From Vicugna vicugna (lineage: Eukaryota): 64,000 nucleotides of DNA. Below are positions 1 through 13,155 of this stretch, in pieces. The DNA lies in NCBI GenBank assembly GCA_013265495.1, contig MU058844.1:8245260-8309259 (forward strand), in the 5' to 3' direction. Made by a program: the position numbers and the translations under genes. Numbering within the stretch: position 1 is the first letter of the stretch; the number at the start of each line of letters is the position of its first letter. The notes below the pieces were generated by a model, which worked only from the letters and a program-made list of their open reading frames with translations, did not search any database and had not been told where the DNA came from.

Positions 1-96
1 AAATAAACACTGCACTTTGCTCCACCACAACCCTGTGTCAGTAGATGCGTTAGCTTTCCTGTGAGCCGGTGAGCGGACCTGTTTGGTTTGGTAATG
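1..96 (+). mobile_element. 3' end of an ERV1-class LTR (MER41-like), cut by the window edge
   Basis: AATAAA followed by 'cactgcactttgctccaccacaaccctgtgtcagtaga...gagcggacctgtttggtttggtaa' resembles the R/U5 end of cetartiodactyl ERV1 LTRs (recalled, not searched). Confidence 0.55.
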
Positions 97-763
97 GTGT
101 TACTGACTTTTTCTTTTGCCTCAAACCAAAATGTGGCTCATTCAGCACAACTGGTTACTGATCCTTCCTTTAATGTGATATTTGGTTTGTTATGGAATTT
201 TTGCATTGACTTGACTGATGATTACATTAGCATACAATGTATCTTATTATGATAGTTTTGGGCACTATCCCCTCCCTCTAAAATTTCGTGCTCAGGGCAA
301 GTATCTCCTTCACTTCCTCCTAGTCTCAGCCTGCAGTTTAGGATTCAATAAGTATCTGTTGAATGAGGGACAGAAGGTGCAAATTAACCTATGTCAATAT
401 TTCCTTGCCACCTGCAACAAATCCCAGGCTCTTTCAATATACTCCCTTGATAGCTCCATTTATACGCACCCTTCTTTGTCACATACTTTATTTATATTAC
501 CTCTAATTCTCCTAAGAACACTTCCAGGTAAATATAACTCCTCCTATTTTATGACTGAGGAAATGAGTTTCTGACAGTGGCTTGCTCACAACACAGGCCC
601 TCAGTAAATACTGGTTGGATAATAATGACAAAGCCAATAAGCAGAGACCTAAACTTTACCCCAAGTACACGTCCCTCCAGCTCACCAATCGTCAACCCCA
701 TGCAGGCATTTTAAACTTCTCTAGCTGGATTTTGGTGTTCCTCTTCTATTTCCAGTAACAGAT

Positions 764-1190
764 GTGGGAGACAGAATACTAGTATGACCCTCACGACCTC
801 TGCCCCTTGGTGTCATTGCTGTGATCATGGCAAAAGACTGATGATACAGGTTGGACTAATCTAATCAATGAACCCTTCAAAGGCAAAGAGTTGTCTGTGG
901 TTGGTGACAGAAGGGGAGGTCGGAGAGATCCCAAACACGAGCACTTGACACACCACTGTTGGCTTTGCAGAGCACTGCCCTCAGCAAGGAGATGGGAACT
1001 TCAGACCTACAACCACAAGGACTGGACTCAGCCAACAACCTATCTTTCCCAGAACCTCCAGATAAAAGCCCAGCTGATTCCTTGACTTCATCCTTATTAG
1101 ACTCTCCGCAGAGAACACAGCCAGGCCTGCTCAGGCTTATAGTAATTATGCAGCAACATAAAACGTACATATCAACTCCAGCATAACTTC
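764..1190 (+). mobile_element. MaLR solo LTR (MLT1-like), degenerate
   Basis: Starts TGTGGGAGACAGAAT; contains MLT1-type segments 'cagcaaggagatgggaacttcagacctacaaccacaagga', 'cccagaacctccagataaaagcccagc' and 'gcagagaacacagcca'. Confidence 0.7.
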
Positions 1191-1751
1191 CTCGTAATAT
1201 TACCAAGCATGACGATTACCCATTCACCTGAGCCCCTTAGTATTAAGGCCTCGGGATGTGCCCACACACCCTGGTGTGATTTGCCCAAGGTCAGATACAT
1301 TATGGGGGCACAACTGCTGCTGAAAAGATAAATAAATTCACACACTGGTTCTTCAATAAAATTTTAAGGTTTTGACAGTAAAGATGAGAAGGAAGCAACT
1401 TATGTCTAACTTACCTCAATTAGCATCTGTGGGCTAAACTTTGCCACTTCATATCCTGGTATGCAATCGAAGGAACACAGATTTCATAGGCCAGTTCCAC
1501 TACTATGTAAACTCGGGCTATTTACTTGGTTAAACCTCAGCTTCATTTTATACTCTATAAAAAACTATGCAAGTTTAGATATATGCACAGTGTCCCCCAC
1601 AAAGAAGACACATAAAATATCCCTAATGTCACCACATTCTTATTTTTCTTCACTCTAATTGCCCTGCCTTCCAGCTTCTTCATGGCCATCAGGCTAACAC
1701 CCAGTATCATAATCTCTGAAAAACCTTCCCTCATAACTACTTCTACCTTCC

Positions 1752-2430
1752 CCTCATGCACTGTTGGTGAGAGTGTAAATTGGTACAGCCACTGTAAAAA
1801 CAGAACCACCACATAATCCGGCAATCCCACTTCTGGGTATTTACCTGAAAAAAATAAAAACACTAATTCAAAAAGATACATGCACTCCTATGTTCACTGC
1901 AGCACTATTTACAAAAGCCAACCTAAGCATCCATTAACAGATGAATGAATAAAGAAGATGCCTTACACAAACACACACAGGAATATTATTTAGCCATGAA
2001 AAAGAATGAAATCTTGCCATTTTTGACAACATGGATGGAACCAAAGGGTATTGTGCTAAGTGAAATAGGCTAGCTAGAGAAAGACAAATACTATATGATC
2101 TTACTTATATGTATAATATAAAACAAACAAACAAACAAAACAATAAAATTCAGATACAGAGAGAAACTGGTGGTTACCAGAGGGGAGAGGAGGGTGTGGG
2201 AGGCAAAACAGGTGAAGGGGATTAAGAGGTATAAACATTCAGTTATAAAATACATAAGTCATGGGAATGTGAGATACCACACAAGGAATATGGTCAATAA
2301 TATTGTAATAACTTTGTATGGAGACAGATGGTTACTGGACTTGTGATCATTTTGTAATGTATTTAAATGTTGAATCAGTATGTTGTACAGCTGAAATTAA
2401 TTTAATATTCTAAATGAACTTCAATTAAAA
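1752..2430 (+). mobile_element. L1 3' fragment (end of ORF2 plus 3' UTR)
   Basis: 'gcaatcccacttctgggtatttacc', 'aagaatgaaatcttgccattt...acaacatggatggaac', G-rich 3' UTR and A-rich end. Confidence 0.9.
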
Positions 2431-2444
2431 GGATTAAAAAAAAA

Positions 2445-2620
2445 GATAGACAAGGTTCTACTGTATAGCACAGGGAACTATATTCAATACCTTGTAAAAG
2501 CTTATAATGAAAAAAAGGGAAAAGGAATATATATATTTACATACATATGTAATTGCATCACTTTGCTATACACCAGAAACTAACACATTTTAAACTGACT
2601 ATACCTCAATTAAAAAAAAT
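2445..2620 (+). mobile_element. Second L1 3' terminal fragment
   Basis: 'acaaggttctactgtatagcacagggaactatattcaatacc...tacaccagaaactaacac...ctatacctcaattaaaaaaaa' is a cetartiodactyl-type L1 3' end. Confidence 0.85.
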
Positions 2621-2979
2621 TTTTTTAACTTCTATTTCCTAAGAGAGGTATATTCAAAGGCATGTCACAAAAAGAAAAACATAAGAAGGAAAACTAATCA
2701 CTTAGACTGCCCATAATTAGTTATTAGAATGTAAATACACACAACAAAGAAAGGAAAACTCAAACCACTGAATTAGCTGCTTAATGTTGACTTCCATCCA
2801 TAACCCTAAATTCTGTACAAAGAGGGAGCTGGCACACACACTGTGTATTTAGTCACCTTTTAATCTCAAACACTTATAGTGACACCTTGTAATGTAACAG
2901 GTACTCAGTACATGTTTTTTTTAAATGTGTGTAATCTCATTTTTATATAATATTTAAAGACTACACTTATTTAAAAAGT

Positions 2980-3500
2980 CTTGCTATATTACAGTTATTA
3001 AAAAAAGATTAGCTATATTCCCTATGTTGTACAATACATCCTTGCAGCCCACTTTACATCCAATAGTTTGTACCTCCCACCCCGCAGCTCTATGTTCCCA
3101 CTCCCCTTCACTGGTAACCACTAGTTTGTTCTTTTATCTGTGAGTCTGCTTCTTTTTGGTTACACTCACTAGTTTTTTTGTATTTCTTAGATTCCACGTA
3201 TCAGTCATATCATTTAGTATTTGTCTTTCTGTCTGATTAATTTCACTCAGCACAATGACCTCCAGGTTCATCCATGTTGCTGCAAATGGCATTATTTCAT
3301 TCTTTCTGATGGTTGAGTAGTATACACACACACACACACACACACACTCTGCATCTTCTTTATCCACTCATCTGTTGATGGATATTTACATTGCTTCCAT
3401 ATCTTGGCAATTATAAATAATGCCGTCATAAACATTGGGGTGCATGTATCTTTCTGAATTAGTGGTTTGGTTTTGTTTTTTTTTCAGATACATATGAGCA
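2980..3500 (-). mobile_element. L1 3' fragment with internal (AC)12 at 3324-3347
   Basis: Minus-strand ORF 3134..3367 reads [32 protein letters not shown], the L1 ORF2 C-terminus. Confidence 0.92.
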
Positions 3501-6500
3501 GAATTGCTATTAATATGTTTATTGAATTGAAATAGCACTAAAATCTGTGAAGACCTTTGGTATCCTTAAACACATATGCTACCCTCATAGTAATGAATTC
3601 ACTGTTTATAATTGTGCAAGCTTAAAATAAATGATATTTTCTAATATTTACTCTTTCTCAACTGTCTTTCTGTTAGTCACCTTGCTTTCTTAATTGTATT
3701 TATGTATACATAATGAGTAGGAAAAGTGCTTCACCAACAAAAAGTATCTTGAAGAAAATAAAAAGATGCTCTGTAAGGAAAGTTAAAACTATAAAATTTT
3801 TGAAAGATTTCTTATATATTAGTCAAAGCCTTTAATTGCTATAATTATGTAAATACAGCCCACTAACATCTCACAATGATGCTGGTATTAGTATTCATGC
3901 TTTGAAAATTCCCTTACAAGGTCCTCTTAGGGCAATTAACCCAATTTGGACAGCACCCAAGAGGAATCTGTTTTATCATACCCTAAGCTCCAGCTCAGAG
4001 GTAGGTGTTGGCATATTCCAAATCAGAACTATAAAATTACTTAATTGTGAGATGTACAGAAATACAGACAAACCATGCTTCCACACAGCTAGAAACCTAA
4101 ATTAGCCACATCTGTCTGTGTATAACTACCATGTTCAGTTATTCGCTGAGTCTTTAAGATCATGAGAAGCAAAATGCAAAGAGGTGAGGACTGTCCTTCA
4201 ATGAAACAGAAGCCAGAATAAAATTTTTTAAAGCTCCACTGAGATATTTACTCTGAAAAAATCTGTATACAAATCGATCATAAAGCATGATACAGAATTT
4301 TAAACTTCCAGAACCAGCATTACACAGCCAGAATCAACTTGAAATTGCCTTTGGTAAAGAAGTCTGAATAATTTTTCAACTACATTAAAAAAAATCCTGA
4401 AATTTAACACCAGCAAAACACTGTAGCAATTTTTCACTTCCAAAACTACCAACCACAATGGCCACCAACTAAATTTCCATCACTCTTCCATCTCAACCTT
4501 TTCTAAGCATTACCTTCTAGTTGACACGAAAGTAAGAGGGAAAGGGGAGAAGGCAATGAACAAGGAGAAAGAGAAGCTCTCATGCCTTACAAATTAGGTA
4601 AACTTCCTATTAATCAGGAAGAATTGGCTCTGTGTTGTTTTTGCATACATTAGCATGACACAAGAACTAAAGCTGAGCCATTTCTAACACACACTATTCC
4701 TTATAAAATAGAACCTTGCCAGCTAAACACTGGGTTTACTAGTTCCTTAATACACAGCATTCTGATTGCAGTATGCACACGTAACTAAACCGTACGGCCA
4801 AGACATCACTTTTGCTAAATCCCCCATTTGTTCTTTTTCTTGACTTTGCCAAAAATAAAGCCTATTATCGTCAAAGCTTAAGACTTTCAACAAATTGATA
4901 AGTAAACAAGTTAATATCCATATCAAGTATTTAAATAGAGGCTTCTAAGGCCTACAGCTTTGTTAAGAGCAAACAGCTCTAAATTTTTAGCCAAAACTCC
5001 CCACTGTTCTAAAATGTGTCTATGGCCTACTAAACACTTCTCACAAATTATGTCCTGACAGCATGTTATTTCTCCTTACTGAAAATATTGCTGTGCTCAC
5101 TAACATATAATTTTCCCTCTTTAAAAGATGAGGGAAAAAACCCCATACTCTTACATGCCAAGTCTCACCACCACACGGCCAGACACTCTGGAGCCCCACG
5201 TTGGCAACCTCCAAAGTCACATTCACTCTGTTCGGCGATAAGCCCGTGAGGTTGCCCGACACAATCTTCTGGGCTCCATGTTACACAGCAAATTTTAGCA
5301 GTGACAATTATCAAGTACTGTGCTTTTCAAACACTGAAACAATGCACATTTGTAAAGGTAGCAGCCAATATTCAATAGGTGTTTTTCATTTGTTGAATAT
5401 ATAAAACCTGATAACACTGCAACTTGATTCTCAATTCACCAACTGTAATTACAAACACATGTGCACATTTCAGAGCTACAGATGCACTTAAAATAATTAC
5501 CTCACTGAGGATATCTGCTTCTCCACAAGGTACTAGAAATAGTTGCATCACCACTCGGAATGCAATAGTTTTCCATGCGCAAACATATTAATCAGAACAA
5601 TTTATATGCTAGGAAAGACAATATACGTATCTGTATGCCACACTTCATTTTACTTCCCTAGAAAATTTTATCCCACAGTTTCCAAGTAGATCTCGTTTTG
5701 CAAGTGTGTCCAGTGGGATGCTAAAGGAGAAGATGGCTATAATAATGTAAAGGGCACTGATGGATGGTGAGAGCTTCCTTTTCAGGATAGCTTCATTAAG
5801 TTTATCTTCTCATTCCGTTGACTCTGATTCGGAGACACTTAACCAGCTCCCTCTTAATGCCTTCACTGGAGAATATTTATGTAATACACAACTGTACAAA
5901 ACAATATGCTAAGGCTGTTCATCTCCACAGTGGACATGAGTTGGAAAGAACGGGCAAGAGTTAAGAGCATTAATGGGAGACCCGAAGATCTATCAACATT
6001 GTGTAAAACGGACAGAGCTGTGGACTGGATACCTACCACCGCTTCCTTCTGAGAGCACACCACTGATAAGTGGCCCTGGGGCCACCCTCCTATTATCCCA
6101 ATACACAGATACTTATCCAGGAGAAAACTCAGAGATGAAAGTGGTTGTCTGGGGGAAACACAAGTCTAAGACAGGGAGTGGGGTGAGGCAGAGTCTGTTT
6201 TTCATTAAAAGTCTGACAGTCTCTTTGACTTTGCAAACAAGAAGGATTACTTTACTAAAAATAAACTTATAAAAATTAAGAAAGTTAAATAATCTCAAAA
6301 CCAGTTTTAAGTAATAATGTTCCTACTGGATAACAGACTCTGGGGGTACACAAAGTAAAAAAATAGACCAGGCCCTTCGTCTCTATTACCTAAGTTCTCA
6401 CAGCCAGAGGGCCAGAACAGAACCAGGCACTCGGGCCAGGTAAGTGATACCAGGGGCCAGGAGGGGACGACAGGGCCTGGTATTTCCAGCTACTCCGTGT

Positions 6501-7289
6501 GTGTGCTCCAGATGCTGGGGACTTCTTCACACTACCAGGGGTCAACAGGAAAACAGATCCTCAATTGTGGCTTTGCCACTATGTGAGGTGTTTTACCTCC
6601 TTGATTTAGGTTCTCAGAACTCTGCCTCAAGGGTAAAAAGGAGACACCGAAATAAAAGACATCAAAGTGCTTAACAGCTATTCAGCAATTTAATATTCTG
6701 CCATTTTGTTTTCTTTCGTCCTTTCCTTTTCTTCCCCCCTACTCGTGTGCTTTAAAGCGGAGCTGTGTTATGGAATAACCTTTCCCCCCACCCCTCAGGT
6801 TTCTGAGTAAAGGCTTGAATTAAAAAAAAATAAATAAAGTTATATATCCTGTGTGTCGGGCATCTCTGGAGAAGATTCATTCACACCAATCAAAGAGAAT
6901 CAGATTGAACATCTAAGGCCCAATAAGCAGAATGCAAATGGTTTTGAATAATTAGTATAGTTTAATCTCAGTAGAAGAAATAAATCAATACATACATGGA
7001 AAAGGATTAGAAGAAAATACAACAAAAGGTTAACACTGATTATAAGCTTGAGGTGGTAGAATTACAGTTTAATTCATCTTTTTTTCTATTTTTTATCATG
7101 AGCACTATGATTGGGGGGAAATAAACATTACCAGTTATTTTTTAAATTATTTTAAGAAAGCCAATACAAAAGATCAAAATTAGAAGGCAAACAATAAAAC
7201 GCCAGACTTTCCTTATTTAACAAGTCACAACTGTGTATCAGTGAAGAAAAGGGGCTTTCCTAAGGATATAGAGCAATTGAAAGGCAGAG

Positions 7290-7500
7290 TGATACTGGTT
7301 AAAAGTATACTATTTGAGCTCAAATCCTGCCTTTGCCACTTTCTAGCTATGTGACTTTGGGAAAATTGTATTACACCTGCGGGCTTCAGTTTCTTTATCG
7401 ATCGATAAGATACAGGTAACAACAGGACCCTCCTGCCACGGTCATTAGGAAGCCTACGCAGAGTGTCCAGGGACTGCCTGGCTCATACGAAAAACTCAAA
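7290..7500 (+). mobile_element. MIR SINE relic
   Basis: Core 'tcaaatcctgcctttgccactttctagctatgtgactttgggaaaattg...cttcagtttctttatc'. Confidence 0.75.
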
Positions 7501-7748
7501 GAATATTTTCTTCACTAGGAAAAAGAATCGCAGTGTCTTCATCATCATCTGGCAGGTATACCTCACACCTACTGTTTGGTCATCTTGGTTTTCCCTGTAT
7601 TTTGAATCTCAGTCTGTGAGCATTATTAACAATTGGGAACCACTTTCAGGCAAGAGTAACAATTTTTCTTGATATAACATCTAAGTACTAATGGGAAAAA
7701 AAAGTGTTGTGAACTACTCATCCCCAAAATACAATCCATAAATCATAA

Positions 7749-7814
7749 ATTCTGCACTCCAGAAATTAACATAACATTGTAAAAAGACTATACTTTAATT
7801 TTAAAAATTTTAAT
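7749..7814 (+). mobile_element. Very short L1 3'-tip insertion with target-site duplication
   Basis: 'ctgcactccagaaattaacataacattgtaaaaagactatactttaa' matches the L1 tip at 2570-2612; flanked by CATAAATCATAA at 7737-7748 and 7815-7826. Confidence 0.7.
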
Positions 7815-10800
7815 CATAAATCATAATTTCAATTTCCTAAAGCAACCTGTTCAAAGGAAAATTAATGTTCAGAACAAATAAATTCGCACTTAACAAAAAC
7901 ACCTCCAGGTATTAGGAAGCTGACAGAAAATAAAAAAGGCTAGAAAAGTGACTGGAACAAAGAAAACTGACTTTGAATACACAGATTAGCAAGATCTTTT
8001 GGAAAAATAATCTCTTCTCACCCCACTTTCAAATCTGGATGTATTCCAAAAAATATTTTCTACTGATGGTTTAAAAAAGAGAGACATTTTATTAATTTTT
8101 TTTTTTAAGGAAAGGGCCTCTAGCTCTAATCTAGTTTATAATTTCTCCTCCTGCTCTCCCCCTACGACTAGAAAAGAACATTCTGAAATTTTGGATAATT
8201 AACAGGAAGGGCTCTCAAAAGTTTCAGGCAATTAGCTTATAAGTACCTTTGCCTTTCCAGATGCTCTATGGTTTACATGTAACATCTCCTCAACTCTAAG
8301 AGCAGAGAGGTGTTTACTGTACAAGCATGAACTTCGTTAAAATTAAAGGTCATGAAGTCACTCAATATTTGTCCTAGGGAAGTATACATGGGATACTGCG
8401 ATCTACAAGAAACAAAATAGGAGACAATAATGTCTCTCAATACTGGCCATTCTCAGCGAGTCAAACCAGTCTATCGCTCTAAGATTTATGATAGAATATA
8501 AGTCTGACAATTGATTATCAGTCTCTTTCCAAGTCTCCATCCAACAATTTTATTTCCTTCAAATCTAACAAGTAGGATAATTATGTCCCTCCTCCTTAAG
8601 ACTGACCGATGAGAGGCTTTGACACAATCGGCAATCTCCCTTCATTCCTCATCAAGGTCATGACAGATTCTTAATGCACATCATGGCACTCTCATCTAAG
8701 CCTCCAAAACTAATAAATTTTTTATTTCTGAATTTCTGGTCTGGCATGTACATCTCAATGCCCTGTGTTCAAAGCTGAGCATGTCAGAAGGAAACTGGAC
8801 AAGAGATTCCTTCCCTGGGGCCATTAATCTATATTACCACTAATTCTTACAACAAATTGTGAGAATAATTAATTCTTATAAAAAATCCAGAAGTTCTTTG
8901 TTTTACTGATGAGGAAATCAGACCTCAGAGAATTAAGTGACATACCCAGCGCTATATGTGACAAGGGCTGGCACGCAAGTGGTTACTTAGCAAGAAAGCC
9001 TATTCTGCTTTTCAGCACGCTGAGCAGGCTAGGTGTGTTCTCAGAAGTCCAAGCATGCTTTGTAATGTACTCTAGGCTAAGCTTTGGTTTGGTAATGCAG
9101 AAAAGGACAGATTAGATCTCATCTCCCAGAAGGCCTTGCACAAACACAGCTAAGAGGGAGCAGAAAACTGCAGGAGGGGCGGTTCCAAACTGAAACAAAT
9201 GGAAACTTCCAGCCTCTGGTTTTCCCCTCACAAGCAGAATCCCTGCTTCTGAGTAGATTAACTGTACCAGCTACTCTCAGCCTCAAACCCCTTCCTGCAT
9301 CAAATTATAAGACTTGAGGTCTAATAATTAGTATAGTTACAAACTTCTCTTCAGTTCTATGGCTATGTTCCTCTTTCACATCAAATGATGTACAACTGAA
9401 TCCTAATTCATTCATTCAGTATATACGTAATGAGTGCCTATTATGTGTCAGATTCTGTGTTAGATTCTATGAAGATGAAGTGAACAAACTCTAGCCATGA
9501 AAAACGTACAGCCTTACAGATGAGTTAAAAGAAGCATGTTCAATTTAAATGATTAGAACCAGAAGCAGAAAGTGAAGGTTGCTTGTCAAAATCTGTTTTG
9601 TTTCTTAGGATGGATTTTATTCATAAAATGGGGCTATCAAGAACTTCTGGACTTGTTATAAGAATTAATTATTCTCAAAATTTATTATAAGAATTAGTGG
9701 GCACTCAATGAAATCAGGAGCGAGAAAGCACTAGAAGAGAATTTTTTTTAATGTCACTGAAGTTAATTTTCCTGGAAATTATCTCTACCCCACAGCTTCG
9801 TAAATCACACATTTCTGAAGCGGCAACATTATAGGAGGTCTCACACTAGTATTTAAATCATTCTTTTATAAACAATCTTTAGGGGAAGAAAAAAAGCACA
9901 TAAGAAGTTTGTTTCCATGTGAGAATACTACTTAAATCCAGGTCCTTTGATTTTTCTTTTTAAGTCAAATACTGATGCATAATTCATTAGGAGAGTTTTT
10001 ACAATGGCAGGAGTGAGAGAGCTAGTGAACAATCTGCAAAATATATAAAAGAAAAAAAACCTCACAGTTCTTCCAGCAGCAATCCAGCCAAAGGGAAAAC
10101 AGCCACAAAATGTCTGAGAAAAAGCCCTGATGACGTCAGAGGACCCAGATGCTAATCCTCGCTCTCTCAATAATCAGATAACAAATCTGGGGAGGTCATT
10201 ACCATCTGGAGACTTCAACTTCTTCATCTCCCAAGTGAGGATAGAACTGCGTGTCCTTTTTATAACCAGTTCTCCTGAGGAGTCAAACACAATACTGGAT
10301 GGGAAAGCACTTTGAAAAAATATTATATCCTACCAAAATGGTCACACATGTCATCACAGTAAGCTTAGAAATTTAGTCAGAGCAAGGCATTGACTTTTCC
10401 ATAAATGTTTAAATAGCTTGCATGTTTTAATCTCTATTTCTGTCTTCTCTCACCAAAATTAACTTGGAATTTTTTTCAAGGAGTTTGTTAAAATCAATCA
10501 GTTGTCCTCTTCACTATTTTTAGAAATTACCTCATAGTCAATTGCTGGATGCAGAGTCTTTTTTTAGGCAATGGGGTCATTTCATAATTGTAGACATAGT
10601 CCCTGCTCGATAGAAAACTATAATGAAGAAGTCTTATTTCTTTGGGTTTTTTTTTAAATGTGAATACTGAAAGTACACAAAACAGAATTTGTGTAACTCA
10701 GAAAAGAAAAAAAATTTTTAAATACAATATAAGCTATTATGAGAGCAAAAGCAAGTAGAAATCTTATTTTTCCCCCTACTTTCCCTGTTCCTTTGTCAAA

Positions 10801-11354
10801 ATACGCATGTTCTCTGGCCCAGATGAAAACTGAACAAGCATGAGTTTCCCCCATCACTGGGTGGCAGACACCAGTGAATCTACCACAGATGCCACTCCCA
10901 GAAAGCCTAGGAAACAAGGAAGTAAAACGCTCTTCTGATGAGTAACTTTTATTTACCAGAAATTGAAGGGGGGAGGAGGGATTTTAGCTATTTTACTGGA
11001 AGGTACACAGATTAAACCCAATGATTTGTGTGTCCTTTCAAATTAACTCCACTTAGAAAACCTCTCATTAAATGTAATCTAATTTAAATGCGTATCGGAA
11101 CCACTTACATTTGTAACTCCTCTCTTGATGAGCAATTAGTTCTATTCTTGCTTTCTTTCCTGATCTACTTACAGCGAAAAGACAGCCGAGGTGAGAAACA
11201 TTTATTAAATTATCTATTCTGAAAGCTGAGGTTTCAAGATCAAAATAAATCTTTCTCCTCCTCCAACCCCCACTTTTCCATTAGGAGTTGGACAAGACAA
11301 ATAAGACAAAAATTAGGTTTTTGCTCTATTCACAAGTCATAATTAAATGACAAA

Positions 11355-12805
11355 GAGACACATGAAAAAGATGCTCAATAGCACTAGTCATCAAGAAAAT
11401 GTAAGTCAAAACCACACGATAACCATTTCACAACCCCCAATATAACAAGAATGAAACAGACAGATAGTAACAAGTGTTGATGAGGGTGTGGGGAAAATGG
11501 AACACTCATAGACTGCTAGTGGGAATGTAAAATAGTGCAGCCACTTAGGAAAACAATATGGCAGTTCCTCAACTGGTTAAACATAGAATTAGTGTTTTAC
11601 CAGCCACTCCACTCCTAGGAATACATCCAAAAGAACTGAAAATAGATATTCAAACAATAACCTATAAAGGATTGTATACAGCAGCACTATCTCCGATAAA
11701 CAAAAGGTGGAAACAATCCAAATGCCCATCAATTGATGGATGGTTAAACACATCTGGTATATCCATACAATGGAATTCATAGTGTGAAATATTAGTTGGC
11801 CATAAAAAGAATGAAGTACCAGTGCATACTACAACATGGTAAACCTTGAAAACATTCTGCTAAGTGAAAGAAGCCAGTCACAAAAGATTACATATTATAT
11901 AACTCCATTTATGTGACTAGTCCACAACTGGAAAATCTATGCAGAAAAGAAGATTAATGGATGCACACAACAGGGGGGATGAGGGTATGTATAGGGGGTG
12001 AAAGCTAAAGGATGTGGAGTTCCTCTTTGAAGTCACTAAAATGTTCTAATCATGGTGACAGCTACACAGATCTATGAACGTATTAAAAATCCACTTCTGG
12101 GTACATACCCAAGGAAAATAAAAGTAGGATCTCAAAAAGATATCTGCACTCCCATGCTCATTGTAGAATTATTCACAGAGGCCAAGATATGGAGACAACC
12201 CAAGTGGCCTTCAAGATGAATCAATAAATACATATATGTATGTGTATGTACATATATATAATGAAATAATATTCAGCCATGAAAAAGAAGGAAATCTTGC
12301 CTTTGTGACAGCATGGATGGACCTTGAGAATACCATGTTAAGTGAAATAAGCTAGATGGAGAATGACAAATACTGTATGATCTTGCTTTTATACAGAAAC
12401 TGAAAATAAGAACTTGAACCATAGAAACAGACATTAGAACAATGGCCACCAGAGACTGAGGGAGGAGATGTTGGTCCAAGGGTACAAAGTTGCAGTTACA
12501 TAAATAAGTGTAGATATCAAACATACAAGCATGATGACTATGCTTAAAGCTCAACACTGGAAAAATGCTAAGAGAACAGATTTCAAATGCACTCATCACA
12601 CACAACAAAATGGTAACTATGTGAGGAGACATGTTAATGAACTTGACTATAGAAATCACTGTACTATGTATATGTATATCAAATAGTCATCTTGTACTTT
12701 AAATATATACAACTTTTACTAAAAACATATAAATGAAATCACTGAATTGTATTATTTAAATGGGTGAATTGTATGATATGTGAATTATATTTCGATAAAG
12801 CTATT
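11355..12805 (+). mobile_element. Old L1 3' fragment (L1MB/MC-like) interrupted by a nested L1
   Basis: ORF 11558..11782 resembles degenerate ORF2 (TPLLGIHPKELK...WKQSKCPSIDGW). The 3' UTR breaks at about 12090 and resumes at about 12735 ('aaatcactgaattgta...tgtgaattatatttcgataaagct'). Confidence 0.85.
12091..12730 (+). mobile_element. Nested L1 3' fragment (L1MA-like)
   Basis: Restarts at 'ccacttctgggtacatacccaaggaaaataaaagtaggatctcaaaaagatatctgcactcccatg' and runs through its own 3' UTR. Confidence 0.85.
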
Positions 12806-12949
12806 AAGTCCCGCCCCCCCCAAAAAAGAAAAAAGGACAAAAAAAGTAGAAAGTCTGCAATTTTAGAGATTAGAGAAACTAATCATTGTACAGCAAAACT
12901 GGAATCACTTTCACTATAAAAGTCTTTTCAACAACAAAAACAGTAATAA

Positions 12950-13155
12950 AAACTACCATTTATCTAGCAGGTACTATTTGCCAGAAACTTTACACTCCTC
13001 ATCTCAAACTTTCTTAACATTCGGACATTGTTATTTCCATCATGCAGTTAAATGAGTCTCAGAAACGCATAACTTGCTGTGGTCACACAGTTGGGAAACC
13101 AGTGGCACCAGAACATGTACCCAAGGTTACCTGACACCAGAGCTGTGCTTTCTCC
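12950..13155 (-). mobile_element. MIR SINE relic
   Basis: 'aactaccatttatctagcaggtactatttgccag...taacttgctgtggtcacacag'. Confidence 0.6.

Noticed and set aside
5500..5895. Possible cryptic exon on the minus strand (tttgtacag|...GAG|gtaatt)
   Set aside because: Such splice-like motifs are common by chance; multiple stops and no recognisable product
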